A stretch of 64,000 bases of DNA from Phoronis australis (Eukaryota > Animalia > Phoronida): the NCBI GenBank assembly GCA_002633005.1, contig NMRA01000140.1, positions 496,001 through 560,000 on the forward strand. The letters are read 5' to 3'. The notes below the pieces were generated by a model. That model made no database searches. It worked only from the letters and a program-made list of their open reading frames with translations, and had not been told where the DNA came from. The position numbers and the translations under genes are program-made. Positions 1 to 15,290 of this stretch are shown piece by piece (the stretch's first letter is position 1; every line of letters starts with the position of its first letter).

Positions 1-401
1 TTCATTGGCCCATATATCTAATCTAGGGGACAGACCTGTCACAAAAATGCTGCAATTACCATGGCCAATCCTTCCTTCTAAGGTATCTCTGCAGATCGTT
101 TGACATGCACAACTAAATCTGACTTTTCCTGCCCATTTGTTGTTTGCGCATTCCGTTGCCCGTTCTTGCCACTGTTTCGTAACACAGGCTTACATATGCA
201 CTGCATAGTATTGGGAATGGATTCTGCATGTCTTCATTGTCTACAAAATTCATGCATCAATTCATAATTCGCTAAAATATTAGTAGGCTAACATACCCTT
301 TTTGAATGTATGACATAATTGTTGCCATTTTGTTTTATGAACTTTGTCACTTGTATTGTGTGGGAACAGGTTGCACATAACTTTTTAATATTTTTTTTCA
401 G

Positions 402-2664
<2,263 letters not shown>

Positions 2665-3687
2665 CAACTGTCATAGATCTTGAAGACACTGGTACGAAGA
2701 GAAGCTTCCGGTGTTATTTAGAGTCATATTAGATCTGCCTCTTCACCTAGGATAACAAAGTAGTGTTACTCAAATGTGACTTTTGACCAATAAAAAGGCA
2801 CCGTTGATGAATTTGTGTTCATACTGCTTGCAGTTGGTATCCGTGACTCTGAGTGGCTTTGTTACGAAGGAATTGTTACTGGGCAGTGGACAAGAACCAT
2901 GGGTGGTGGTCTGTCGACCTCTGTATTGTATTGTTTTGTTTGATTGGACCACTGCTTTTGAAAGAATCTGATGTGAAATCAGTCTTGGTGATTTGTTTTG
3001 TCCTAAGTTGAAGGCCCATGCACTTCGGATATGTTGTTGGCAATGGTCTTTTGGACCTTATGTTTAATTGAAGTGACGGACTGCATTGTGTCCGAAGACT
3101 GCAGACATTTGAAGTGTACAAACAATTAGGGCTGGATTGAACTTTGAAAAGGATTTGATATTTTGTCTGTTCTTCATTGCACTACAGAACTGTCTGAATT
3201 AACAATTTTGTAAAGTATTGTACCTCACTCCTTGACTCATTGTTCAGAACTTCATGTAATTTAAGGTAGTTGTCATACTTCATGAAATCTTTTGCTCCAA
3301 AATGCAATATTTGCATCTTTTACAATCAAAGTACCTTTGTTTTTCTTCGCTACTTTTAACATTTCTTTGAACCCATTATTTATGCGTCAAGTGTGCAAGT
3401 TGTCTGGGACGACTTCTATGGATTTCATGTATGTGGCTAATCTACATTTTTGATTTTCGACTCTTATAACAGTTTTGATTATCCATTTCTCTTTCATGTG
3501 AAATTTTGCCACTTATTTTTACGGTCTATGGCTGAGGGAATTGTATCACACACTTCAAACAACCGAGATATTGATGGAAAAATGAAAATTCTGGTATTAT
3601 CTCTTTTATTTAAGGGCATATCAAGAAAATCCGAGTCATAGTTTCCTGCATTTATGACAGTAACAGTGTACAGTTCAAATACAAAGT

Positions 3688-6678
3688 CAGGTCCGTAGGA
3701 AGGAAAAAATTTATTGGTGGACACAAATTTGACTTTGCCAACCTACCCCCTTGCTACCGTCATCCCTCCCCGCGATCTCTGGCTGTCGCCATATTTGTAC
3801 CGAATCCCACCCCCCCCCCCATATTCGCCATAGGTGGAGGTAATACCGGGGATGCAGCCGTCAGGATTTGAGTAACCGTGAACCAACAAATCAACAAAGA
3901 TTCACGGAGGGTAAGAATGCGTCTAGGCCCCGAGCGCACTGACGGGTAGCTGGGAGCTGCCTGGAGTAACTATAGCTGGGTCGATGGTCAAGGTTTCTTT
4001 TATTATGATCCATTTTTGGGAAAACTTCATTATATTATTGGGATTCTTTGAAGTAAGTATTGGAACGGTGAGGTCCCGAGGTTCCTGGTATGAGTGCCTT
4101 TGTGGCCGTTTCAGAATCCCTTGATGAAACACAGGCGGTAGTCCAGTTTCTGGTTGCTGGGGAAAATGATACAGATTGTGTCCCAAAAATGTACACACTT
4201 CAACGTTTGGGGTTCAAATTCAGTTCCCGTGGGTAACAGATTTTAAGTAGACCTACTGCATGGTTAGACCTTATTTTTATCGTGGGTGTGCCTGTCATGA
4301 CGTGCTCCGTGCATGCGCGCACCTGAGGGGCTCGGGGGGGGGGGGCTCGATGGCAAAGTGGGCAAAAAGGTCCGCCTAAAGGAAATAAAAAATCTGAGAA
4401 AAACGAGACAAAAGTTCACTAAAAAGGCTGGATACGACGTATGCACAATTCATAGCCCTGGACGAACCCCGTATTCTTTTTTTTTTCTTAAGTAAAAGGT
4501 CCACATCCTCAAAAATTCGAGCCCCCTATATTTTATGCTGGATGCACGCATGCCGTGTGTGTAGTATGCACGGATAATGCAAGCAAACGCTTCAGTTTTG
4601 AAGAACAAAAACTTATTGCGCAATACTACTGGAAACCAAAAACATCAAGGAAGTTGATCTACGGTTTGTTAATTTAAACCCAGTAATCTAGTTTCTAAGC
4701 CAACAAACAATTTATTGTCATTTGAATTGTGAGGATACATTGTTGAGCTGTCCGAAATTCATCAATTTCCTTGAGACTTATTTCAGACAGACAGAAATCG
4801 TTTAGTGTACTTTTATATTTGGGGATCAAATGATAGATCGAATTTTCCCAATGTCGGCGTGCACTTAAATTCATTGAAGTATTGTCATTTCTTACAAGAT
4901 TAGCTTCTAATTGTCAAAAAATCATCTCTCAATCAGTCCGCTTTCGTAGATACATAAACATGTAAATCAGAAACCAACAATCAAATCCATGAGCAATGCG
5001 TTTACCTTGATTTAATGGATTAATTCCTTTTTAATGCCCTGTTAGTGACTGTAAACAACAAACCTTGTACCGAAGTAAAAAAGCAATGCATTTATTGTAA
5101 TTTGAATTTTGAGTAAATTTTTTGGGAAGTGTCCAAATTTCATAAATGTTTTTGAGAGTTATTTTAGACAGACAAAAAGCGTCCAAGTGCACTTTGCTAT
5201 TTGGGGATCGGATTATAGTTTTTTGCATATTCAGTCTCCAACTAAATTCCATGAATCGTCATCATTTCTTAAAAGATTAGCTTCTAATTACCAAAAATCA
5301 CCTATTCACCTGTCGGTTTTCGTAGATTCATAAACATGTAAATCAGAAACAATCAATTTCCGCATGCATGCTCTCAGACTTTTTACGGGTAACCTGGGGA
5401 ATATGGGAAATTGGGCATTCATAGTGAGGTGTATTTTTGATCTTCCGAGGTATCTATAATGGTTCATGAATTAAACTTTACCTCAAAAAAAACGCTGAAA
5501 TATTTGTTTAATTTGTTTTATTATTGCGAGTATTTGGGTACACTCGTTCGACATGTACACGGTCACCCCAATGGTAGCCTCGACAGCAGTGTTTTCCACA
5601 TGTGGGAATTCCTTATAAACAACTCATAGTAACCATCTTCGAAAGAGATCGGCCTACTATTCTTGTGATTCTACGGGAAACAGTAACATTATTTTATAAC
5701 TAACCATCGAAAATAGTTCTTTTGTGTAATTAAAAAAACAGCGGTCTTCACGTTCTTTAAAATTCCTGACTTCCTTTCGATGGCGGTCAACCATATTTTA
5801 TTTTATTCACATTTTTTTGTTGTTTGGGTCGAATGTCTTGATACGTGCTGTGCACGAACGTTTTGTTTTTTTGATGAATTTCGAATCACAACTTCCCTCG
5901 TGAATACTTGGCATTTCGGATTTACATGTAAAGAAGCACTAAGGGACATTCTTCCGAACTGCTCCACCGAGGGAGGGTCCCGTCTGAAATGGGACACCTT
6001 AATAATGAAATGCTATACATCATTAAGCTTGGAAAAGAGTGACAGTTCGTTCCACATTGGATCCTCTCTTCGAGAGCTTACGCTTCAGAATTTTTCAATA
6101 CAAATATAAAAACGTTGGTCACTTGAATGCCATCAATGGCCTCCTTCAGACTTGGGGCCCCTCTATGTGAAAATATCTATATTTTCAAAAATCTGTGCAG
6201 CAGTTGATGATATCTGTCAGATCATCACTTTTTCTCAAGTTGCAGTTCCGAGAAAAAAAGCGACAGTTGCAACCGTTATCCCTTGCCAAAGAGGGGCCTC
6301 TGGAAAAATATGGTTTTGCAGTCGCAAAATTGACTTACTGAATTTAAAAATCAAACAAAAGCCTCGCTTTACAAATTTTGTCGATTTTTCGAAATATACG
6401 CATGAATCATTACGTGCACGTTTCCAATGTATTTAGACGACCCGTGCTGCAAAAGCGGAGACCCCAACAACAATGTCCTGGCCAGGGTCCTCAAGAGATA
6501 AACCATGCACTGATACAGAGTTGTAAAATGTTCTCTTGAGTTTTCTCTCTTATCCGCATTTAGCAGTCTTTCTTTTCCCGACTGTCTCAGCGCCACGCGT
6601 CGGTTGTCACGGTTTAACCCTGACGCCTGAATTTTTTTTGGGGGGGTGCCGTGCCCCCCCCCGCTTCCTACGGCCCTG
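3688..6678. mobile_element. Non-autonomous TIR DNA transposon, copy 1 (CAGG ends, 5-bp TSD; hAT5-like)
   Basis: Left end CAGGTCCGTAGGAAG versus reverse complement of the right end CAGGGCCGTAGGAAG (14/15). AAAGT flanks both sides (3683-3687, 6679-6683). Internal sequence is colinear with 13093-13906 plus 19005-20947, contains a ~380-bp diverged internal subrepeat (about 4700-5350) and has no transposase ORF. Confidence 0.85.
4312..4552. mobile_element. MITE (CATGCGCGCACC ends, 5-bp TSD) nested in transposon copy 1
   Basis: Ends catgcgcgcacc / gatgcacgcatg with CCGTG on both sides (4307-4311, 4553-4557). It is absent from the homologous site of copy 2 (about 13802-13830) and belongs to the same family as 9924-10049. 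Confidence 0.85.
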
Positions 6679-7939
6679 AAAGTCGTAGTACTACTCTTTC
6701 AGGTTTTCAAAAATTCAAATTTAAAGCAAAATGAGAATTTCAATACAATTTGGTGGTCATGTGATTACAATCACTTCTGCGATGTTTCAGATTATGATTT
6801 TTAAGTTGTTGAATATTCAGAAAATATTCTCTTTAATGGGTTGATTAGGCTGTTAAGAATGTATTTAATGAAATGTGAAAGCATAAAACAAAAAGACATA
6901 ATGAGCAATTAGGCACAATATTAACATCATAATAAACTTTTACAAAACACTATTGCGACCAAGGTTCGACTAACTGCCAAACAGTTATTTATTTTGAAAA
7001 CTGGTGTTACCGGGATTTAAGAAATAGCTATAGATTCACTTTGCCGAACATCAGAATCTGGGTTGCTCCGTAGCATGGCACAAGAGTAGAAAAATGAATA
7101 TTATGTCAAAAGCAGTCCTGTTATGGAGAAAAAATTGCCGTTGGCCATAGATCTAGTTTATATAATGTGAACCTGATTAACTTTGATTTTGTTACACACA
7201 GACAACCAGGTCCCTTATTTGTACATACCTAAAAACATGATAATTTCTATAGACATGCCCGGGTAACGTTAGTTTAAAGCCAAGTGCATTAATTAGTATG
7301 TCTGTTTGCTTAGACGGTAGTTCGAACAGTCGTATTATTCACTACCTGTAATTTGGTTCTAATACCAATACTACAAGAGGCCCATGCACCATTACAATAT
7401 ATTACAGAGGTGGCATATCTATGTTCCGTACAAGAGATTCACGATCCAAGACTTCTTTCATATTTTAGAAGTCCAATTTCAGATACATGAGTCTTCAAGG
7501 TAGTATATCTGTCCAGGGCCCTGTTGAGAGAAATTTGGTCCTACGCTCCTACTTCGTTATTGCTGAAGAGGTTCAGTAGCCACGTAATTATGAACGCGTC
7601 ATAGTCTGGAAATTATGCATAGAAATCTCGATAACTTGCAGTTATGTGTGTATCTTCAGGTAATTTGGACATTTGCACACGTAATATTTGATTACTTTTC
7701 AGAAAAAGTTTTGTAGGGCGTAAGACAAAATTTCTGACTAAAATCACTTTACCTGGAACCACCCCACCTGGTTGACGTCGGCGTACATGAATGTATTCCA
7801 TATTACTAACACACCGGGAGTTTTTGTCGACAAATCAATCAGGCGTTATAAATTTGGGTTTCTGATGGGAAAGGTTGTTTTTACATTTTAGGTCAGTCTT
7901 GTTTCTAACCACTGAGAGACATAGGAGACAAGTTGGCAT

Positions 7940-8365
7940 TAAGATTATTTTCGACTGCCAACTTCGTACGATCAGCAAATCGCTGTCATCAGCATACGTA
8001 ACCATTTTGAAACACTAATCAAAAAATTAATTTAAAAATAAAAAGGATTATTCAAGAACAGACCCCTTAGGAGTTCTGCATTCGACAGTTTTGAAATGTG
8101 TATTTCAACGGTAATCAACGCATGTTCATTTAGAGCTTTCTGTAAGGTAGGGAACGAAACGCTCCAATCCACAGCTCTGGAGCCATACCCAAAAGAGTTC
8201 TGTACAAGAGACAGCTATGATAGACCATGTCAAAAACCTTTTTCTTTAAACCTACGACACGGACTTCCCCTCTACAAGCTGGACAACAGGCAGTCAATAT
8301 GTAACTTGGATCACAGTTATACATATAGCTGTGGATTATCCGCGTCCAAAGCCATGTTTTGAAAT
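7940..8365 (-). pseudogene. Highly decayed LINE (CR1/L2-type) reverse transcriptase fragment
   Basis: Minus-strand motifs occur in the correct order across frameshifts and stops: KHGFGRG*ST (QxGF), KKVFDMVYHSCLL (KAFDxVxHxxLL), TPKGSVL (GVPQGSVL), TYADDS (YADD, about 7985-8000). Confidence 0.6.
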
Positions 8366-9923
8366 AAATGAAAGTAGAATTTTAACTCTCTGATAATATA
8401 TTTTTAATAAATGAACACCAGTTATTTTTACGTGTGCTGTAATCATAATTAAATAAATAAACGTTTTGCAATTCTGTTTTCATGCATCACAATTAAATGA
8501 TTCTAGAAACGGAACGTGTTCTCGTGTTGTCGCCTTGCCGGTGTCTCCGTATGGGTTGCATATTTATGTACTCCGAGGAAAAGCCGAAGGACACAAGAAC
8601 GAACCACTTCACATTGTGAAAGAAACGTTTCTAGCCCAAAACCCCAGAACAATACTCCATGACTTAGATAACACAGTAGTCAAAGTATTTGGTAAAAGTG
8701 TTTTGACACCCATGTTTCCTTACATCTTCTATTGACTGGCAAGGGCGCCTATTGCTCGGTCCGCGGAGTCAGGTAGCACCTCAGCCGTTGTCTTATAATC
8801 TAAATGCTCATTGAGAGATACTTCTGAAAACTTTTACCCACAGGCGTATTGTATGCGTACAGATACAATAGATTAAAATTATCCAATAATTCCACCTGAA
8901 TCAACATGTGCAACAACATTTTTCTGTTTAAAATATCAAACACTTTTTGCATAGCATATCCACAAAGGTGGCATGTACTGTTTGTTTATTATTTCAACTA
9001 TTTTGAATAACTGAAGTTAAAGTGAAAACATAGTCGGAGAAGGACCTATCCCTTCGGAAGCCAATTTGTTTTTAAACCAATTTGTCATCAGAATTCAAAA
9101 ACTCCATAAGTCTGTTATACAGAAACTGCTATACACCTTGGTGATAGTGGACAATACGCTATTCCCTTTAATTCAAAGGCATACTTAATTAGAGGCCTAA
9201 CCAAATTAAATAATTCCATTAATTAAAAGCTGAATCAGGTGTTTATTTTTCAAAATTCAGTCGGGATATATGTCGTAGTTTTTGTTTTTTTTTTGACCTC
9301 CGGTGAGAGGACACAGCTTTAAGAAAAAAACACTGGTTAGAAAAACGAAATTCACAAAATGAATGGATTATTACACATCGCATATTTCATTGTGTTCGAG
9401 GCTAGAGGCCCAAAAGGTACAATAACAAACAGATATACAACCACAGTTTAATACAAAACGTCGAGTTAAACAATTTTTCCTGCCCACTATGGCTAAAGAT
9501 AAGAACTTTAAAGTCTTTATGATAGTGTTATGTTTATCAAAATATTTAAATTCATATACTGGTGACAAGTCTGCATGAAGATTACACACCAACAAAAATT
9601 GCACTTCGTCTTCCGAGTCAGTAACCTATTTTGCTGAACCTTACCGGTTGCACTTCCAATTTGTAGTTTGCACAACGAAAGCTTGACAATTTTTATATAA
9701 AATGAGGAGGTACATTAAACTAAAAGTATTCCTGTGAAGAGTATTTAAGTTTGAAATATTTAAAGTAGAACAGTTTATGTTAATCGTGAATGTCAACTTC
9801 CCAACTTTGTAGGTAACAATCAATCGCTCTATGGGAAAATTGTTTAGAAAGTTACTTCACATGTTACACAATGATTTATCCTCACTTTATAGAAACTATA
9901 CTTGGACAAAAGTGATCCGACAG

Positions 9924-10049
9924 CATGCACGCACCCAGGGGGGGGGGGGCTCGAAGTGGNTTTTTTTAGTCCGCCGGCAATTTTGTTACCAAATGGTCCA
10001 CAGCGTTAGGAATTCGAGCACCCCATATTGAAGGCTGGGTGCGCGCATG
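9924..10049. mobile_element. MITE, same family as 4312-4552 (internally collapsed at an N)
   Basis: Ends catgcacgcacccag / ctgggtgcgcgcatg with GACAG on both sides (9919-9923, 10050-10054). Confidence 0.85.
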
Positions 10050-10783
10050 GACAGAGGAAGCCTGGCTAGTTATTAGGAAATCTACCGTTACTGTCAAGAA
10101 TACACAGCATATCATCCACATATTGGACATACCTGGTCTCTGTATCAATATTTTATACAAATGATAAAGTGTTTTCTGTAAACAGTGGATAATGCCCGGA
10201 TTCACTTAGTACGGCTGCATTGGAAGAAGAAGTGCTCACACTAAGCGCCATTTTACAGAATTTCACGTGAAAACGTTCTGCTGACATACTCTTTAAACCC
10301 CCCGATTTCAACCTCATAACAAATTGTTGGATAAATGAATTTAGCGTATAATTCAAAACATACATGTGGTTGGTTTCAACAGCGGTTCATTTGCTCCATT
10401 GCTTTGAAAGTTTAGTGGTCGCCTTTGGTCACGAGAGTTTCGGAAGGACAAAAAAGTCAAGATACTTGTACTGGCTAACTACTTCTTTTGGGTAACTTCA
10501 AACTCATAATGCTATGAGTATTTTTTGCGCATAGGGGGACACCTTAGCAGGTACTTGATAGTTTTAACACTTTCCAGCTCGAGTATATACTCCCGTAATC
10601 AAACATTTTCTTCGAACAGTCCATCGTTCAGTTACCTAAATAGGCAATTGGCCCTTTTACATTGCTCGCACCATGTGACATGACATCATATATCAAGAAG
10701 ACAGAATTGGAAAGGATTGCGGTAAAATATGGATGAATATTTAATTGTAGTTTTGTGCACCTAAACTTTTGTGAATTTTGATG

Positions 10784-12578
10784 TCATTCATCTAGTTTAT
10801 TTCCAATGCTACCGTTCTCATCGAAATACAAACTGCCATCAGGGTAGAACTGGTCAAGACATGCGTGATGACCAGGTTCCGGGCAGGCAGGGAATGAACC
10901 TTTCACAAATTCGTAAGTTCCTCCCTGAATTGGATGGGGTACATGCTTGTATATTTCGGATCTATACTTATTCCTTCCCATGAGCCCGGGGCTAGGAGCC
11001 GACTGTGACCAGGTGTTCTCGAATAACACTCGAGTTGTGTTAAAACCGGTGCGTTTCACATATAGTACCGACGACATTGTGGAGACAGCTGTGAAATCGG
11101 CGATCCAGTTATATGCTTTCATCGTTCTCTTTGGGATTAATATTTCACAGCCAAGATGTCCTATTTCATTATTCCATTTCAAAATTTCTGATACGTTGTC
11201 AGTGTGACAGTACAAGTCGGCATCTAACTCCCAAGGGAGAACAGCGTTCATTTTGAGGACACCCAACAACGTCCCACATTCCAATTCCAAAATCACACGT
11301 CTATCATTTGCAAGCTGGTTGATTTTTTCAATACAAGTGGATAATTGTTTCAAGCAACAGGGAGCTTCTGTAATTCCTTTGCGCCTCACCGGACATACTA
11401 TCGACACCTCGGAGCAATTGAATTCAAATACCTGTCCAAATGCACTAATTTTTGTTAACGTATGTGAGCGAGCATGAGACGACCAGTATTGCTTGTTGAA
11501 CCTTTTTTCCACGACGATGCTATCAACGTGAAACATTGTATCAGGACAGACCATACTTATAATTCCTTTCTTTTTTGCATTGATGAAGATATTCTCAAAC
11601 AAAAAATTGTCAAGTTTCTTCACCTCACCAATCAGTTCTTGCAAATAGCTTGTCTTTCCCAGAAATGGACCAGTCATGTGCTCACAGTACAGGCAAGAAT
11701 CCTTGGATAAATAGTAGCCTTGAACGTAACGCAGTTCGTACAGCTTCATGTAAATTTGGTAGCAGTTCTTCCACCAGTGTCCGTTCATTCCTACACTCGA
11801 ACCACCAACTATTGAAATGTCGTGTCTGAACGCAACGCTCACCAGTCTCTCGATACGTGTGTAGTTTGTGAATCGATAGACGTCGCGAAGAACTACCTGT
11901 GTATTTTGTATCCACTTTTGAGATGAGTGTTTTCCAAGAATGGCCGTCATTTTCAACTTCATCGTTAAAAACATACAGATTGTTTTGTTCACCAATGTCG
12001 TGTTTAGCAGCTACAAAGATCTTCAACCTTGGGTAGTATTTGCGAATCTGAACCAGTAAGGCCATCAGTTCACGTTTACTATGTTGCAATCCGTTGACAA
12101 CTAGACTCACTAGGTCTTCCAAAGGTTGTGCATCTGAACATTTACTAAACTCCCACCCCTGCTCGTCCAAAGCTGGGCCTCTACTATCCCTTCCACCTTC
12201 GGCATGACCTCCCTTCGTTAAACCAGTGTAAATTTCGGGGCAAACTTCGATCGGAAGTCGGTCTTGCATTGCATATGTTTTGTCAGGTAGTTCGATTCGC
12301 GAACTTAATAATTCTTCTATTTTGTGAATAGTCGTGTCTAATATGTGCCGAACCTTGGTACCCACGATCACCTCTCCGCGAGCCTCAAGGATCATTTTAG
12401 CTATTTCTAAAAGATCCCCCTTACCCAGGCTACTCCGTTGGCCTCTCATCGGTCGCATTGTAAACTTTGAGCCACATTTTACATATAAATTCAGGCAAAG
12501 GGCAATCAATGTCAACAGGGCAACGCAAAACAACACAACTTTCATCAAAGATTTGTTAGATTTCCTCAACGGCTCCAT
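10784..12578 (-). CDS. FKRP/fukutin-related LicD-family nucleotidyltransferase-fold protein, type II membrane; single coding exon interrupted by a 1-nt frameshift at about 11897
   Basis: The ATG at 12578 follows a splice acceptor (ttctgtttgcag|, exon from 12602). The protein has an N-terminal TM (VVLFCVALLTLIALCLNLY), a glycosyltransferase-like stem region, a Cys cluster (PCCL) and LicD motifs GTLLG and LPWELDADL (FKRP has GSLLG and IPWDYDVDL). Two overlapping ORFs join as ...KVDTKYT/VVLRDV... if one base is removed, giving about 597 aa. Confidence 0.8.
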
Positions 12579-14700
12579 GACATCTGCTTTACGGTGAACA
12601 ACCTGCAAACAGAAAGTTGTACTCCAGTGTTCAGTATCACATCTGTCTACCCTGAACTTCTTTAAGATAAACACAAAACACTTTTTGGAATCCCTTTTAA
12701 ACGTAAAACAAGGTACTCAAACATTTTTTATTACGAAATATTGCGTTTTCATTATAAAAATAAAATGACTAATTTAAATTTGAATGTTTGTATTAATTAT
12801 TTGAAAAAAAACATATTCTAAAACATAATAATCATTGATAGGTAAAACTACAAGGACTTAGGACACCATGGGAGTCTATTTGTGTTGAGTAAAGCTGTGA
12901 CTCACGCATGCGTATACTCAATGACTCGCCGGGAGGGGGGTACCTGCACAGGGTAAATGGTGTTTGAATGCGATTTATGTACTTAATGTTGTGTTAGACG
13001 AATAAATGAGTTATCGTGAAAAAGAAACGAACTTATCAAGAATAGAAGCTTACTATTAGACATGTGGAGTCTGACAAACAGTGATGCGATATCAGGCCCG
13101 CCGTAGGATGGCAAAAATTCCACTTCACCAAACTACCCCCTTCCTATAGCCTACAACTGGCCTTTTCCCCTCAACCCCCTCCCCCCACCCCGTTCTCCGG
13201 ATACCGCCCTATTTGTGCCGACCTTCACGTCCGCCGTAGGTGTGGGCAAGCCCGGGGGTGCAGCCATCAAGATTTGAGTAACCCTTAAACCAAGAAAGTT
13301 TCACGGAGAGTAGGCCAGAATAGGAATAGGGCCACGCAGCGCACTGACGGAAGCTGGGAGCTGCCTCAGATAACTGTATCTGAGTTCCAACAGTGCAAAA
13401 ACATGAAATTCGATGAACTAGGCTAGCCGCTAGTCAGCTCAGCTATGATTCACTTGATACATGAAGATCAGCTCGTACCTATCTGTCTACCCTGGCTCTA
13501 ATGTCAGGATTCGTTGTGATCCAGTTTCGAGAAAATTTCATTCCATTGTTTATCCTTTGAATGATTTTTTTGAAAAGGTGAGGTCCCGAGATCCCTGATA
13601 TCATATCTTTGGGGCTGCTTTAATATCCCTTGTTGAAACACGGCTAGTATTCAAGTTTCTGGTGGCTGGGGAAAATGATACAGACTGTCCCAAAAGTGTG
13701 ACTTCAGCGTCTGGAGTTAAACCTCAGTCCACGTTGATCAATGAGATTGTGTGCTGGCTTACTGCATGGCTATGCCTTATTTTTAACGTGGATGGCGTCA
13801 GTCATGACGTGGCCAGTCCCTTTGTAATGTGAGCGGGAATGGCAAGCAAATGATTCAGTTTTGAAGATGGTGCAGTACCACTGCAAACTAAAAACATCAA
13901 GGAAGTGCAAAGACAACATCTCCAAGTTACTGAGCTATGAGTTTAATTTGATTTATTTAAATATTTAAAATTACTGTTAGTATAATTGCCAAAAAGGTGA
14001 CGCTGCAGTATTGTTTACTGTAAAGTTTTCTTTTGGAAATTTATTATATGTGATTAGGAGAATAAAATTAACTTTGTTGCACTTTGTGCAACTTTGAGCA
14101 TATTTTATAATTCAAGATGGCGCCTAATTTCCACACTCTGAACATGATACCTTGTAGGATCTTGCAATTTATGGTTTCCAATGTTTTTGGGACGTAGACT
14201 CCATTTCTGACATAATTCTTTTGGATGCAAGGTCAAAGTCAAGGTCAAATTAGAGGTCAAAGATCACGTTGAACTGAGACAAGGAAAATTCATCAATTTT
14301 GGCCGACGAAATGTTAAATTTATGGGAAATGCGGAATTATAATTTCTGTGATTCCATTATATGAAAAATAAGGAATAGCTAAATACTGGGATAAGATATC
14401 CTCCTAACATCTCAATAACTAGTTTAATTGTTGTACCAGACCTACGCATGTTGCTCAGGGAGGCCCACAGCACTGATCACCTTGGACCATCTGTATGCTC
14501 TATTAGTTGAAACAGAGCTGAGGAGCTTGACTCAAGCGACAAGCAGTGTGTCCCGTGTGACTTGAACACACAACATTGAGTAGAGGAAGCCACACTGCCT
14601 CATCGTGATTAGGGGTATATGTATAGATTACGCGTAATTCGTGCAGGTTACATATACGTAGACTAGGATTGGCTGTACTTCGGGAGCAAGTTTTCGGATA

Positions 14701-15213
14701 TACAGAATAAATTAAACGCACGACACTTTTCATTGTTGACAGTCTTTATTCCGTTACGTTCATACCTTCGGAACAAAACTATACTCTCAACTGAACATAG
14801 ATACATTAACTAACCTAGCGACATCATTAAAAGGCACACGATATTTCGAAACATACTTGTTTCATTCTCAAGTGAAGATAAAATGACGCAGTAATGCCAC
14901 CACAGAGCATAAGCTGATGACACACTCAGTGAGACACGGTGGGTATGAAATACTACCAAGAATGACTAATGAACGGGGGTAACGGGAAAGTCACGCAAAC
15001 AAGTGTAACGTGCGGCGCGACCCTGTTTGCTGCTCATTCAAAACAGGCTTCTCGAATGCAATTAAAAGGGACTCCAATACTTTCAATCGAAGCATATCGT
15101 GCTTCACGTACCGAATTGACGTATTTTCCACAATTTCTTGACGGGTGATTTTACGTTCATGACATTGCAGAAAATGATCTTGGATGGCGCCATTTTGAAG
15201 ATGCATACATAAC
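14701..15213 (-). mobile_element. Penelope-like element family A, 3' fragment (GIY-YIG C-terminus plus pseudo-LTR)
   Basis: HLQNGAIQDHFLQCHERKITRQEIVENTSIRYVKHDMLRLKVLESLLIAFEKPVLNEQ resembles PLE GIY-YIG C-termini. It is an inverted, diverged copy of about 17648-18149. Confidence 0.85.
14837..14874 (-). ncRNA. Minimal type I hammerhead ribozyme, U3-A8 core variant
   Basis: Minus strand reads cac-UUGAGAA-u-gaaac(aaguau)guuuc-GAA-AUAU-C-gug: stem I cac/gug, stem II gaaac/guuuc, palindromic stem III ATAT. It lies in a PLE pseudo-LTR. Confidence 0.65.
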
Positions 15214-15232
15214 CGNNNNNNNNNNNNNNNNN

Positions 15233-15290
15233 GGAGGGAGGGAGGGAGTGGGGAGGGAGGGAGGGAGTGGGGAGGGAGTGAGAGAAAGAA
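15233..15290. repeat. (GGGA)n purine-rich simple repeat next to an N gap
   Basis: ggagggagggagggagtggggagggagggagggagtggggagggagtgagagaaag. Confidence 0.85.

Noticed and set aside
7557-7606. CTGAAGA-ggttca...tgaac-gcgtc hammerhead-like motif (similar weak cases at about 21270-21324(-) and 29115-29155)
   Set aside because: The GAAA segment is missing or altered, so it cannot be supported as a ribozyme.
14913-14955. CTGATGA...GAAA on the + strand as a hammerhead
   Set aside because: Stems do not form properly, it is antisense to the element, and the sister arm reads ctgtatga.
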